Source of the DNA: Hydrolagus colliei
Taxonomy: Eukaryota
Assembly: GCA_035084275.1 (NCBI GenBank)
Contig: CM068754.1
Location: forward strand, 11,842,001-11,906,000
Direction of reading: 5' to 3'
Length of the DNA stretch: 64,000 nt
Under the pieces are notes generated by a model. The model was not told the DNA's origin, made no database searches, and was given only the letters and a program-made list of their open reading frames with translations. Shown piece after piece: positions 39,479 through 53,718 of this stretch. The position numbers were made by a program, and so were the translations under genes. How positions within the stretch are numbered: position 1 is the first letter of the stretch; each line of letters begins with the position of its first letter.

Positions 39479-40908
39479 AGTTTCAGTATTTGTCGAAACC
39501 AGCAAAAATGAAAGTTTCCAGACTACAGGAAAACAAATCCATGATTCCTATTGTCTTTTGCACATAACTTCATGATAACACCACCCATAATCTTATTGGG
39601 GAAGTTGACTTTAGCTACTTTCATTAGTGGGATATTGCTAAGGCACGCAGTGTGTTTGTCTCTTGACAACATGAGTACTTCATTTCCCTGAAATATTGAC
39701 AACGTTTTTCTTTAACAGAAACATATTTCTCTGATGTTCAAATGCGAATGCTTCAGTCTGTAGTTTCTGCCAGCCATGTTTGAGGAGATTGTTAAAATGA
39801 TCTACAGAATGTTCTTACCTTGTGCTTCCTGACCCCCTAATGGGGCCTGTATTGTTGTGTTTCCACGGCTGATGTAGAAACATGTGTCTTTGCTTCAGCT
39901 TCTGAGTTTTCTCCCTCACCTGCCATTGCTTTCTGTGGAGCAGTGGGGAGATGAGGCTAAATGGAAATATATCCTTTTCAGCAGCTCAAACACACTGAAG
40001 ATGGAAGATTGATCAGCAAATACACCAGAAACATTTTTTTAAACAAAAAGCTTTGAATACAAATGCCATTTAAAAAAATACACAAGAAGCATTTTCTACT
40101 AAAAAAAATGTATAATATCATTCATTGTACAATATGGCAAGACCATTCTTAGACACTCCTTGATATACTAAAAAGCTTCAACACAGGCTCCGTTGTACCT
40201 TTCAAAATCCTTCTGAAGACCGAGCACTTTGAGTTTGACTGCCCCTTTGCTAGCCCATCCCAACTTGGGCTCCCAATCCACTTTTATAAAGCGCTTTGAG
40301 AAAGCCATTGTATCACTGAAAACTGTTGTAGACATCATTCCCGATTGCTGGATATTGTTGCAAGAGTGTAATGGATCGACCAGGTTTCCATTGCCTTAAA
40401 CTTCAATACAATACAATACAGATTAATGCTCAGTCCACCTACTGAATCAAAAGGACTGAAAAAAAATGGGAAATAATACTTTTAATGTACAATGTTTTGA
40501 CCTTTAAATTAAAAAAAGTTAATAATAGAAATGGAGAATTGTCTTTTTGTTACAAACTGCTCAAACATTCACACAAAAATTCTGCTCATATAACTGCAAA
40601 AATAACATTAAAGGTTGAAAACATTTGCAATTTGGAAGTTTTTTTTATATATGTAGTAGGCGATAAACACTATAACAGTATAAAAGTAGCATCCCTGCAT
40701 GGGAAGTGAGGAATTTGTCTTCTGTATGACCCTTAGCAATTTTTCAAGATTATTGCAATACATTCAATTAACCAGAGTTTGATTGCGTTGATCCCTTTGA
40801 AAAGATTTGCCATTGAATCAGTTTAAAATATAACTTAACATTTCAAAGAAGTTGCTGAGTGCAGGAGGACTAATAACTGGGTAAAGCTTCCCCACCCTCT
40901 ATAATGTT

Positions 40909-41225
40909 AATAAAAATATTCCTTGCATTTGATAAAGCGCTTTTCACATCTTCTAGACATCTCAAAGTGCTTCACAGAATATACTGTAAAGTGAATTGAA
41001 AGTATGTATATTTTGGTGGGTGAAATGTGGCAACCAATTGTGCACAGCAGTGTCCCACAAACAATCGTGGATTGATATGACCAATTTATTATTGGATTTT
41101 TTTGAGGGATTATTATCCAGTGTGTAGAGTAAGGAAACTTGCCGAAGGTTTCGCCCTGCCTGAAATCGAACCCAGGTATCTCACTTGCAAGGCGAATGCT
41201 CTAACCACTGAGCTGCAGGACTCCA
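40909..41225 (-). mobile_element. Full-length SINE copy
   Basis: Head, core and tail similarity. Confidence 0.88.
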
Positions 41226-44200
41226 CATCTTTATACAAATCTTTTTTTTATTCCTCTGCCTTTAGGAGCTATCGTGTTCTAAATAAGACAAATATTGGAG
41301 TGTGCCATTTATCTCCTAAATTTGAAAGATGGAAACAGTGGTTGAAGCAAAAAACAAAAATGTATTTACAAGGACAATCAATGCTTCCAAGGGGAAGACA
41401 CGTAAAGGGGGCTTTGGGAGAGGAGATAAGGAGAGGTGGAGGCTCATATAAAGTATAAACTGACATGGACAAGTTGGGCTAAATTGACTGTTTGAGTAAC
41501 TTGGAAATGTTTAAGACACCCAAAAATGCTACTATTATTCTCATTGAGAACTCACAGTTACAGGTTGCAATGAACAACGAGCTGGGATTTGAGCATTTCG
41601 GTAGATTGTACTTTAACACAATAGATCCATAATTTCACAGTGGAAGGCTAACATGTTTGTTCTCGAAAACTTTGAAAATCCCTGTTTATGTGTTCCGTTA
41701 TAATAAACTTTCTTTATGATTGTTAATTTATAGTGCAGTTGACAGTAGTATGGCTTGGTAATTTCCTTTGCTTGGAAAGTAAGCTTGTTCTGATGTGAAT
41801 AATAGTGCATGCTTTATGGTGTTTTGAATCTAATAAACCTTGAGAATGTGCTTAGGTTTACAAGTAAATCGAAAAATATGTAAACTTGGAGACAGGAAGA
41901 ACATTTATTATAATCTGTATAATTTAGCCAAACAAAGTTGGAGTTGAATTCTTCCAAAGTAAACATAAGTTAAATGTTTTGCTCTTAACCCCTCGCAGCT
42001 CTGATGCAGCTCAGACATTGTGTAATATAATAATCTTTGCATTTTATGTCTTGTCTTGCTCTTTTCAACATTAGTGATGTTCTGCATTATGGACTCTGTC
42101 CTTTCACTCAGGTTAATCACTTGAGAAATAAACCTACCTACTGTTCTATCCCCATTGCTCATTGTCCATATACGCACCAGTAACCATATTACTTACAACC
42201 ATTTCTTATTGGCCAAATTGGTTCCTGAGCACCATTGTTTTCAACCAGTCAAAACAAACAGTTGAATAACAATATTTCTTGGAAGAACTCCAAGGGTTCA
42301 GAGTAGAGAAGTGTAGGTTGCTATAGCACAGTGAAGATTGTTTGCTTATGCGAGTTCTTCAAACAACCGAGGCAGGTTAAGGTCAGTATAGGATTATTTG
42401 CTGGATTATTAGGGGATTCTGTAGTACAATGTGAGGCTTGGCAATGTGGCACTACCAAGTTATTTGCTCTCTGGGGATTAGATTAAAACTGCTTGAATCA
42501 AGTATGACCTTTAAGGAGAATTTACTATAGTGACTCATTTGAGGTCTGGTTTCATAGGTTCTTTTCAAAGTAAAGGTCAGTGTCTTAGTAATAGCAGTTT
42601 GTTTAGCTCACTGTGCTCCCTGACACCCCAAACATTAACTACAGTACTTGTTTTAGTTTAACTGTTTTCTCTATTCTTATGTCAGTCTGTTACTCTCCTT
42701 TATATAAGCAGTGAAAGATGCATATCCTTGTGGGTTTTGTCCTTTTTCCAGAGCGATACTATGCTTCATTTACATGATGATTTCTTCAACAGCTCAGTAA
42801 AAAAGAGGGACAGAGAGAGGTATATACTGGACAGGGCATAAAGGAAAATACTGGAGAGTAAGTAAATAGAGGGGGATATTTGTACAGTGAATGGAGTTGA
42901 TTTACACAGATTGACCACGCTGGGAGTGAGTTCCCCAGAAAGACTGTTAACGAGAGAGACATGGAAATATATACTGTATTTCCATTTTTTTTACCACAAA
43001 TCCTAAAGAGAGCTCAGATAGGGGAGAAAGAGAAGGTATTCTTCAATCCCTCTCCCCCCCAACTCTGCATGCTAACCACAGGTATATATAGTTATTATTA
43101 TTCCATGATTAACATTATTCCATGATTACTCGACCACTCTGTATTGTTAAACTTCAGCATTCAGGATCTGGAAAAAAAAAGAAAGTTATTTGCAAACCAG
43201 CTGCATTTGAGAAATCACATTTTCGCAATCCATTTGTGTTTACAGAATGTCCTGTTTCCTTAAAAATTCACCCACAAGCATTCGGATGGCGTGTTTTCCT
43301 CTCGGTCTCTCAGTAAATGAAGTTGCAGATGTCAGTTAGACAAGTGGCTGCTTGTTCGGATCTTATTAAGTTTACTGTCCCATGGACTCTAATTTGGAGG
43401 CAAGGTCGTTAAAGGCAAAGTTAAGTTGTCTGGGGAGGAGTGGGGGGGTATTTTAGTGAAACCTACAGCCTGGCGTATATGGGCGAAACAATCTGCTTTG
43501 TATCTGGACAGAGTGGACAACAATGCCTCATTGTTCTTTTTTTGTGCCATTTTTTTTCTGTGTTTGCATATGAAAACTTAACGCACAAGTTTGCCAATAT
43601 GCCTTTCCCGCAGAATTCCTGACACTTTTGAGGGTTAGCTCTCCCACTGGAAACCATGCACCCAGTTTGAATTGTGGTCAAGCCTGTCCTTCTCTTTCAA
43701 GTCAAATTTCATATTGGACTAATTACGGAAAACATGTGTATTTATCATTTCTAACCCATTTCCTTATAAAAATGAGGAGACTTGAGTGAACTGCAGCTTG
43801 AAGGGACTTATGTCCCCACCCCTGGGGGAATCATGTTTGTTATAGGCTTTTAATATAAAATGTGGGTTTAACATTCACTGGCCAGTGTGTTTGTTGATGT
43901 ATAAAGTACTGACAGGTAGATTCCAGATAACTCTGTTGTATCTTTCCTTTGTCAGGAATCACATCCAGTGGGTGAAGTCATTCTATTCCCAACAATGTCG
44001 CTTTATTATTTAAGGGGCTGGGAGGGGCATTGCTTCACCCTGTCTGTGTTCTTCCATTTAAGAACATTAATTCACACCGGTTTGCAGAACAAAATGAAAT
44101 TAAACCTTTCTGAAGTACAACCTATGCTTCTCCAAGGGGTTGGGTTGGGGGCACGGGGACAGGCTAATGGGAAACCCTCAGATAGATAGTGATTTGTTGG

Positions 44201-47200
44201 TAGAAGGGGGTTGAACACATGTGTCCAGTTAAACAGAATAATAAATTTGTAGTGAAGCAGACAGCACAGCAGCTGTGAAGTTAGGATGACGGAATTTCAG
44301 CTGTAACTGACATTCACACTCGGATTTACCCACGAGAGAAGTTACTGCTGAAGAAGTTACTTCCTCACTTCCCTTTTGAATCAGGAAAAAACCTCTGGAT
44401 GCAAAGGGACTGATTGATGTAAGTACAATTAGATGGGGTGGGAGGGAGAGGGAATAAAGTTCTGTTGAAAAGAGTGAGTGGATACTTTAGTTAAGAGTAC
44501 ACCATGAAAGTAACCTCGACTGGAGTCAGTCAGGGTGTAGATGAAGAAGAAAAGAAAGGGAAAAAGGGAGAGAAAGAACTTGGGTTTCACAAACAAACAA
44601 CATGTGAATGACCTGAAGGATTGTGGTGTGAGGATCAAAAGGAGAAACTCCCTTCTCTTTTCCAACAATGCCTTAATGTGTAACTGAGCAGGTTAAAGGG
44701 GCATTTGATAAGCAAGACATCACTCCCCAACCCCCCCAATGCTTTACTGAACTGTTGTTATCTCTCTTAGACTGTTAATTCCCAACAGGGAGTTTGGTAA
44801 ACACCATGTTCCAATCAAAGGCAAAAGTGATAATGAACTGAGCCAATTGATTTTCAGTCATATTTTTCTGGTTGATTTTTGTCACTCCTTGATGTTCTAA
44901 TTCATTTGTGTTCGGCAATGTTATTGGGAAACAATTAATATTCTTAACAGTCTGTACTAACAGCTGCAAACCTGTACTCTGTGGTCTTGTTTGCACACGA
45001 CCCTGTGAAAAGAGGATGTAAGAGTCATTTCACGCTTTAGGTTCAGGCATTAGGAACTGAAGAAACTCTTAGCTTGACTCTTTATTGCAACATGTCAGAC
45101 TGAATTATTCTGCAAAAGCAATTGGCATTTAGTTACAGATCAGCTCTGTTTTAGATCTGCAAATAGTGGTCTCGCGTTTTTAGCACAGTGATAATCATGG
45201 GGAATGATGTTATAGTAGTTATCAGTAAGAATACGTGGCTGATCTGCCTTGATTAAACCTTGATCAAATAACATCACAGCAATCTAGCAGCCAATCTAGG
45301 CTTCATTTCCTAACTGGCAGCATAGTTACCTGACTGAATGGAACACACCCTTCCTGCTTTAATTGTGCAAGTGAACAGCTCATAAGTGCGTTCGGCTGCA
45401 ACAAGCATTGGTATATTCGTGGCCTCATTCTATTCAGTGCAGTATTTTTGGTGCTTTCCTCTGTAAACCAAGTGTGTATAGAGGAGATTATTTTGATCAG
45501 AACTGTGTGCAGAGCGGGACCTGCAACAACGGTAAGAAACGCATCTGGAGCTTTGATCTATTGGGTTTAGACAATTACAGTACAAGATTTCAAAGAAACA
45601 TTTTAATTTCCATTTGAATTCCAATTCTGTATCAGTTTAAGAAAATCAAAGAGAATGTTGCCAGAGATCATGACTATTTTTATTTAACGCTATAAAGTAG
45701 ATTGATGAGGAGTATTTCTAAAAGAAGCCATTTTATTAAAGTACTTCTGTAACTGAGCAGCATTTTACTGAATGTTACTAGCGCACTTGGAATTTGCAAT
45801 GCATTCTTCCTGACGTATTTGTAATCCTTTCTGAATGACACTACTGGTATCTGAATAGCCTGACATGTCTTTTGATGGTGGATTTATAGTATGGTAATGT
45901 TTCTGGATTATTTCAAGTAGATCATTTCTGAAATAAGAATCCCTGCAATTGTTACTGTGCGTTATTGCGTTGAAAGCTAAAATGTGTGTTGAATTAGTGA
46001 AAAGATACAGATAAAGGAGAAACAGTAGAGGTTTACCCAGAAGAAAATATATTGGAAGTTTGACTCTATCAAGGAAGATCGATATAAAACAAACCAATAC
46101 CATCGAAGAGCAATGCAGAAATAAGAAGTAAACTGCGCATTGAAAGGAATTTAAAAATCACAATTAGATTAACTCAGCCTCCCTCGCCAATTAGACAGGT
46201 TGGCCTTTTCAGTGTGACCCACTTGCCAATTTCAGATCAGTTTAATAAATTCATAATCAAACAACAATTAAACATAATTAAGCAAAACTGTTAATCTTGC
46301 TCATGTTGATTTGAATACGTAAACGCCAATGAAACCAATCACTACAATAACAACAACAACAAAAAACAAAGCGCATGAATACAGCGCCTCTCACGCAGGC
46401 TAGCGTCTCAGGAGAACATTCAGCTTTTTTAAAATATATCCATTAACTTCAAACCTCCACTTTTTTTGTCAGACAGTGCGTTCTTTAATTAAATTGCAAT
46501 TTATTAATATGCCATCAGTATTGTAATTATTATCCATTATCTTTATTTAAAAAACACAGTTAGACATCACCTTGGCCACTACCTTTCAGTAGGAATAGAT
46601 TTCCAATTTAGAGACTGGGCCTATAATAATATTTGTGAATCAGGAGTTTCATAATTAACAATTGCATTTGATAACTGCAACTTTATCATGCCAAAATGTC
46701 TCTCAAAGTACTCCACAAAAGTTTCTGTCAGGTGAAGTGACTATATTTGTAGGCGAATACAAATTGGTCCAGAGGAAACCTTACATGTTTGTATTGAACT
46801 TGTACAAAGTGAAAAACGCACACTCTCAGACTTTCCATAGAGTCACGTTCAGCATTCCCTGTTCACATTCCAAGAATGACAAGAGATATTCCTGATACTG
46901 GAAGTTTGGTCTCTGCATGTAACACATGTTTTGCGGCTGAGGAGTGGTGTTTAGTTGGTGGTTTTTTTTAACGAGGCTGACGCCATGGTATTGGAACCTG
47001 GTCTCCGCTGACCTTCACCATCTGTGTCCTGGCTGGGTCTTAATATTGTTCCTGGCTGCCAGTTTGCGCCATTGCTGCTGCTCTGTTTTAACAGTGAGAG
47101 GAAAAGGTAGGGTGGGAATATGTACTTTTACTGAAACAGATGGCTAAATCACGGCGAAATCAATCAGTGGTTGAAGGCTTGTGTAATTAAATAATGTTTT

Positions 47201-47928
47201 ACACGGTGTTATAAAGGAAATGCAAAAAATCCCTATTTTAAAGTGTAGACATTTCCGATAGCATCTGTAAATTAACTTGGGATAGTAAGCAGAATTAAAG
47301 TTGTATATTAGAGGCCAGACAAGCTGGTTAGGCCAGTTTTGTCAAACTATTATATAATTGGCTGAGTTATTTGTTGTCGTTCATATAATATACTGTAGAA
47401 ATATTGCTGAAGTGTAGCTGAACTATTTGTAGATACTCATCAGGTAGGAAATTTGCAAACAGACTGCAAACAGAATGCAAACTTTTCCCAGTGAGTATTT
47501 CTGCAGTGAAGAGCTGTTGTAGTGAGGGTCTGGACAAACTCAGCCAGAGGCGACAAGTACACGGCATTGCATTGACAGGGAAGGTTTTCTGTTTCTGATG
47601 CGGATGGGGCGGTAGATAAAAACAGGATTAAAGAGTGATAACACGGACCTGAGCTCAGGAATCGCTGATCAATTTGCCACTAGTTTGTGTATGTACACAC
47701 AGATTCAACTTGTAAACAACTGTTAAGCACCTATCGATTTGGCAAATCAGGTTTCAATTGATTAGGAAGTATCCGTATGTCCAGAATCATGTCAAACTCT
47801 TAAGCAGTTGTACATTAGTACTGTGGTTGATTAGACCTTTCATTTCACCCAAGCGTGCTTTGTATTTGTGCTAAAGTTTCTCCTGTCTTGATTTGCCAGC
47901 GGCCTATTACAGGTACCCCGAGCGCACA

Positions 47929-48084
47929 ATGACTGAGCGCTTTGACTGCCACTATTGCAAGGATTCCCTGAATGGGAAGAAGTACATCCAGAAAGATGAC
48001 CACCCCTGCTGCGTGAAATGCTATGAAAAGTTTGTTGCCAACACTTGTGCCGAGTGTAAAAGACCAATTGGCTGCGATACCAAG
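47929..48084 (+). CDS. FHL1: FHL1 first coding exon [21 protein letters not shown]...PIGCDTK
   Basis: ACAATG start; acceptor AG 47898-47899 (or 47911-47912); GTATGT donor. Confidence 0.93.
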
Positions 48085-51000
48085 GTATGTAAGTTGCCGC
48101 AGTTGCTGAGTACAGCTTGCCTACCAAGGGCAGCAACCTGCGATCAACTTGTTGCTCACCACTGAAACGTTTGATCTTATAAACCCCTCGCTTACAATGA
48201 GATTTGGAATTTTCTGAATCCCTTTCAGTCCCTGATGTCAGGTTCCAAATGTTGTGCAGTCACAAGTTGTGGGTTTTAACCTTTACTCTAAACCTGGTAA
48301 GTGTTAGGGAATGAAGTCTTCACTAAAATAGGTTAAGGTAATTGAGGCTGGGAAATAATATGTTGAAGTACAATACTGTAGTTTGGGACACAACACATCA
48401 CGCGACTGCCAGGATGGTGGTGAAAAATGAACTGGATGGACCTGGTCTTCTTTTGCTTAGCAAATTCTTAAATTCTTAATTGCAAATTCTTGTGAAGAAC
48501 AAACTATGGGACAGGAGTTTCACCAACAATCCAGCAGTGCCTCTGATTAATGCAATTGTGGGGGGGGGGGGGGAAATATTGATTGCTCTGGTTTTCTTTA
48601 ACATGGGAAGCCTCGCATTTTCTTATCATTTTACCAATCTTAATGTCAATGCAAACCTGTTAATTAAAAATAGATTGCAACAAAGCTGAGTGATGTCCAA
48701 GTATAGGTAGGCTGAATGAACTCATCTGTTAATGTTACATATCCAGCGCCAGCTGGTGGCAGTTTGGAGAAATGCAAACCACATTGATTATTTATGTATT
48801 GGTATTTGTTGCAAAACATTTCTAGGTGGTCTCTACCTAGCAATTTTAAATTTTTTTTTTTAAAAAAGGAACAAGGGGATAAAGAACATTTCTTTATTAT
48901 CTATATGTTAATAGCATGTGAACATGCAGTAGGAAATATTTCTCCTTTAAAGACCAGATATCAATGGTAGATGATATTATTATGAATATTTTAAAAATAT
49001 AATTTTCAAATTGATTTTTGCAAGCTTCAAGGGGAAAGGGGTGCATTGGGAGTTTTAGTTAACTTAGAAAAAGGTCAATATTCTTAACATGGGCAGCAGA
49101 AATGATCTCCTTCCTAGAAGTTATGTCCAGATTGTGGATAAGAATAAACAGATACAAAATACTTGATTACTACAGGTACAAATCAATGTGTCCCAATATC
49201 AGACCTTACAGATGAAAGACAACACATACATAATGATTCTAATTATTAATAAATAATTAATCATTAAGATTACTGCAGGCTTCACATGTTTTATTGTTAT
49301 CTGATTTAACAACATACAGTATTTCAGTGGTGTTAAAATTGCCACCTGAATCAATAGAAGAAAATCAATGTACAAAACCAACGCAGTATTTTAAAGAAAA
49401 AACAAGTTTTTCTCTTGTTGTTTAACGTTGCTGTTGAAAGCTGTCATTTATTATTGTTCTGTTTGATTCAGGAGTTGCACCACAAGGGCCGTTACTGGCA
49501 CGAGAACTGTTTCCAGTGCTACAAATGCTGCCGCTCCCTGGCCGATGAGTCGTTTGGTCTCCAGGATGAAAGGATTATTTGCAGCAAGTGCAGCAGTCGG
49601 GCTGACAGTGGCGCTTGTCACGGCTGCAAGAGAGCCATCAGAGCAGGTGAACTACAGTCTGATTTTACATTCTGTAAAGCTAAAACATACAACAATCTTT
49701 TCACTCATCAAGTTGAAACATCCCAAAGCGCTCCCATAATAACTACTGCTAAGTATCGTGATTGCATATTTGTCATTGAATGTATATTAGTAGTGTTTGT
49801 GTTGTCCTATTAAATATTCAAACTTTTTTTTTAAAGGGACTAAGAGTGTTGAATACAGTGGAAATCACTGGCATGAGAACTGCTTTTCCTGCAGTCGCTG
49901 CTTGCAGCCACTTGGATCTCAGAGCTTCATTCCAAAGGGAGATGAGGTTTTCTGCGTTACCTGCCATGAAAAGAAATTTGCAAAGCACTGCGCCGGCTGC
50001 AGAAAGGTAACCGACAAAGTAAATGTCAATACTAAAACCCAAGCCCCATGAGTTGAGAGGTTTTTGATTTTGTGTGAAATATGGGTCTGTTATGAGTGGT
50101 CACTTCGCTGACCACTGTTATTCCAGTGAAAGGATTTTTTTTATTGAATGCCCAGTCTGCTAAGTAGGAACTTGAGTAGAACTTTCTTAGAATCCTTCAG
50201 ACCGTTAGGGAAGCTTGAACACAGAGACTTCCTCCATCTAATGACAAGCAAATTCTCTTTGGATGGATAAGAAAATGGTACAAGAGCTGCAGATTGGTAT
50301 TTTTGAGACCTAAAGTAAAATATCTGCACCAAATCTATCTTCAGTAGAGAAAAATGAGGTGCGTTACATTAAGATCATTCAGGGTGCAACCGTTTTGGGA
50401 ATGTTTCGCTGAGGAACACACCATGTAATTGCTCTGAAATTTGTTTCTGTCTTATTCCTTGCTTATCACTTTCCAACCACAAGTGTCAAGTACAAAGAAT
50501 ATAGCTTGAATTTAATTCGTTTAAGAAGTGGCTCGATGATATAATGGGAAGATAGTAGGGTGGGTATTCTGGAAAGATTAGATCAAATGGGCCTTATTCA
50601 CCCAAACTTCACCGTGAGGTGGCTTAGCTTCTAAGTTCTAAAAATGAATAAACAACAAATTTAAATGTAATCGTGCAACTTTTCTATGCATGATTCTATA
50701 AATTGGGGGAGGTCTGTAAAAGCATATGTTTGCTTTCAGGCAATCACAAGTGGAGGAGTGAGCTACAAAGATCAGCCCTGGCATTCGGAGTGTTTCGTCT
50801 GCAAAACATGCAGGAAGCCACTCTCTGGACAACGTTTCACTGCCCACGAGGGCTCCATGTACTGCGTCGATTGCTACAGCAGTTTCGTTGCCAAGAAGTG
50901 TGCCGCATGCCACAAGGCCGTGACTGGTTAGTTGCACTGAAGCGAGATCAATTGCTTTAACTTTCTTCACCCATAGCTTCTTGGCTATTTCAGAAGTCAA

Positions 51001-52165
51001 GTCTGTCGAAGTTGCTTGTGCTGTGTTCCCTCCCCACTACCCTGCCTCTTCCCCTTGCTTGGATCCCAACCCCTGACCGTTGATCGTCTTCGGAAGGCCA
51101 CCCGACGTGAAAAGCGCTCTATAAATGTAATATTGTTGTTGTTCTTGTGTTTATGCTGTACGTTTTGCAAATATACAATATAACTTTGAGATTGAGTGAG
51201 TGCAAGTCACTCTGGGACCCACAAGGAGGACATATTCTAGAGTATTTTCTGTCTCTGAAAAAAGCTGGTTTTGGAGCCAGCGAAGACCTAACAGATCAGA
51301 GAGCTGGACAAAGATGGGACTCAATTTTTCAAGTGATGACAGGACTAGGGAGTGTGATCAGAGATCCTGATTATTCCCTGAAGCCTAATCCTAATACGTT
51401 TCACACTAATAGTTTTCAAATGTTCCTGGTTTAAGAAGATAGTAATGGTGAAATGCTGAGCAACCCATAGAACAATCATGTTGAGTTTTATATAATGCAT
51501 CATTACAGGTCATTTATCTCTCAGCTTCAATGATTAGGGCAAATTGAAAGTGCTGCTGAATTGAGTTTGGTCACTAGAGGGAGTTGGTGTCTTGCTAGAT
51601 GGTGAAGGAAGGAAAGCTGAAACAGTATTGCTCATCAGTTTATTAGTGACACCAGTGAGACCAAATATTGAAAGGTCTATTGTTTAGTTTTCCTGGTGAG
51701 TAAAGCTTTTGTGGTAAGGATTAGAGATATTTTTCACTCATTTTACAAAGGTTTGACTCAACAACCCAAGGCTTATTGGCTTTTATAGGGTCTTAACATT
51801 TGCCACCAATTCAGAACCAACCATTTACAAATTCTAATTTGCTTGGACACGTTTCGCTACTTTTTTGTTTAGTGAATTCTATATGGGTTTAAAATATATA
51901 TATATATATTTTATTTTCTATCTATCTGAACAGAACTTCCAGTTAGCTTTATTCATTGTAAACAAAAGCAGATGCATTACTGTTGTATTAATATAATGTT
52001 CATCTTCCATCAGGATTCGAAGGAGCCCAAGTTGTAACTTTTGAAGACCGTCAATGGCACAATGAATGCTTCATCTGTAAGAAGTGTTCTATTTCCTTGG
52101 CTGAAAAGCGCTTTATCAATCACAACAGGGAAGTCTACTGTACCGACTGTGGCAAAACCCTGTAA
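47929..52165 (+). CDS. FHL1: Four and a half LIM domains protein 1 (FHL1A-type, 279 aa); join(47929..48084,49472..49646,49837..50006,50740..50926,52014..52165)
   Basis: Half LIM plus four LIM zinc-finger domains (CxxC...WH..CF.CxxC...CxxC); GT-AG exons of 156/175/170/187/152 nt in phase; position between SLC9A6 and MAP7D3. Confidence 0.93.
49472..49646 (+). CDS. FHL1: FHL1 exon [19 protein letters not shown]...[10 protein letters not shown]
   Basis: LIM1/LIM2; attcag acceptor, GTGAAC donor. Confidence 0.94.
49837..50006 (+). CDS. FHL1: FHL1 exon [17 protein letters not shown]...KHCAGCRK
   Basis: LIM2/LIM3; AG acceptor, GTAACC donor. Confidence 0.94.
50740..50926 (+). CDS. FHL1: FHL1 exon [19 protein letters not shown]...CAACHKAVT
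   Basis: LIM3/LIM4; tttcag acceptor, GTTAGT donor. Confidence 0.94.
52014..52165 (+). CDS. FHL1: FHL1 terminal coding exon [20 protein letters not shown]...YCTDCGKTL*
   Basis: catcag acceptor; LIM4; TAA stop (missed by the ORF track). Confidence 0.94.
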
Positions 52166-53000
52166 AACAGTGTTGATCTGCTGCCCTGAAAGCTAAATGC
52201 TGGCTGAAGTAGCATTTATTGCTCACTTTAGTGATTGTTTTAAGCCTATTTCTGCTTAACAGCTTAACATTTAAAATCAGATAATAAGATACTGTTTGGT
52301 GAATTAGTGTGGAAAGAGGTATTAACCTTCATAACTATGATATCATGTCTAATTATATTCAACAAAGCATGCAAGACATATTGATAAGCAATAATCAACA
52401 TCTGCAGGTCAAATGTATCGTATCAAAATGGAATTTCTTAAAGGGCTAGTTTTTCCCCCCCTACCATTGTATGACTTTGCAGATGAGCTTGACATACTAG
52501 TTGTGAGGTGGGACAATACAATTTACTTGTTAGATTTGCAGATTGCTTCTATTCATCGGAATAGAAATTTTAGTTAGTGGATTGATTTGGTGTGCTGCAA
52601 ATATAAATGGGTTTCTAAACCCAATTTTATTAACCTTTAACTTAACCAGTGTGCATTTTCTGTTGAAACTATGGGTGGTGATGGAGTATAAAAGATTGTG
52701 TGCTGCAGTTAGAAACACCCACCTTCAAGATTTTTAAATCCTTTAATTAAATGCAATGTTTTCAAATTTAATTCAAACTGGGATATTAATCTAAGTAGTT
52801 TAGATGAAAGTGCTTTGCATTAAATAACTAATATTTTCTCATTTAGATTTTGAAAATGCTGTTTACTACAGACTAACAGAATTGTGTAAAAGGTTTTGAT
52901 GGAACCCAATTAATCATTTACGACCCAGATGCATGCAGGGTCCTACGACTTGACATGTCGTACATGAATTCTACTGTAAACTGCAAATATTCCAAATGTA

Positions 53001-53006
53001 ATTAAA
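53001..53006 (+). terminator. Candidate FHL1 poly(A) signal ATTAAA
   Basis: ATTAAA followed by U-rich sequence ~0.85 kb past the stop; other ATTAAA at ~52746 and ~52819. Confidence 0.35.
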
Positions 53007-53712
53007 AAATCAACCCAAAGCATTTGTATATTATTTCTGGAATTACACATTCTAGTTTAGCTCCTAGAAAGTTTAATGCTGCAAAAAAACATCATATTTT
53101 CATACTTGTTCACTCCCATATTTGAGTTCCATGTACTGTATATAATTTGGCTCAACAATAATTTGGTCGCAAGCGTATCACAAGGCTGTAGATTCAAGAC
53201 TCAGAGCAGAGGGTTTGAACTAGGGATAATGGGTATAAATGGGTACACGCGGTTATTGGTGTTTGTAAATATCGTTTTACAAATCTATGAGCTACAGTGA
53301 TGCAATCAAGTGATCTGAGGTGGTGATGATATTATGCTTTCATAATTATTTCACTACATATTACACGGGAAGCTAATACTGCATGTATGAGCAGGAGGAT
53401 GTCCCACTGTGAAGGCACTATACAAATGTAATTGTTGTTGATGTACACATGCATTCTGCAAAATCTATAAATCGTACTTACCTTCAAATAGCATCCCGTG
53501 TGAGTCAGTAAAAATGCCTGATATCTAAAGCAGTAAATGTCGCATAACTAGCTGACGGAAATTGTTACAAATCTATCAGGGGAAGGGAGGAAATTCAACA
53601 AGTGCCTTGCTATTAAGATTTTCAATTACAGTAAGGAAAAACAATACAATTTTTTCACACAGATGTAAATATAGGAGAAACACTCAGTCATTCCCATTTT
53701 TATCTTGCAAAA

Positions 53713-53718
53713 TTTATT
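53713..53718 (-). terminator. Candidate MAP7D3 poly(A) signal AATAAA
   Basis: TTTATT on plus strand ~2 kb past the stop. Confidence 0.45.

Noticed and set aside
42700-42865. TATATAA plus GTAAGT donor as another FHL1 first exon
   Set aside because: Motifs are too common in AT-rich DNA and there is no supporting frame
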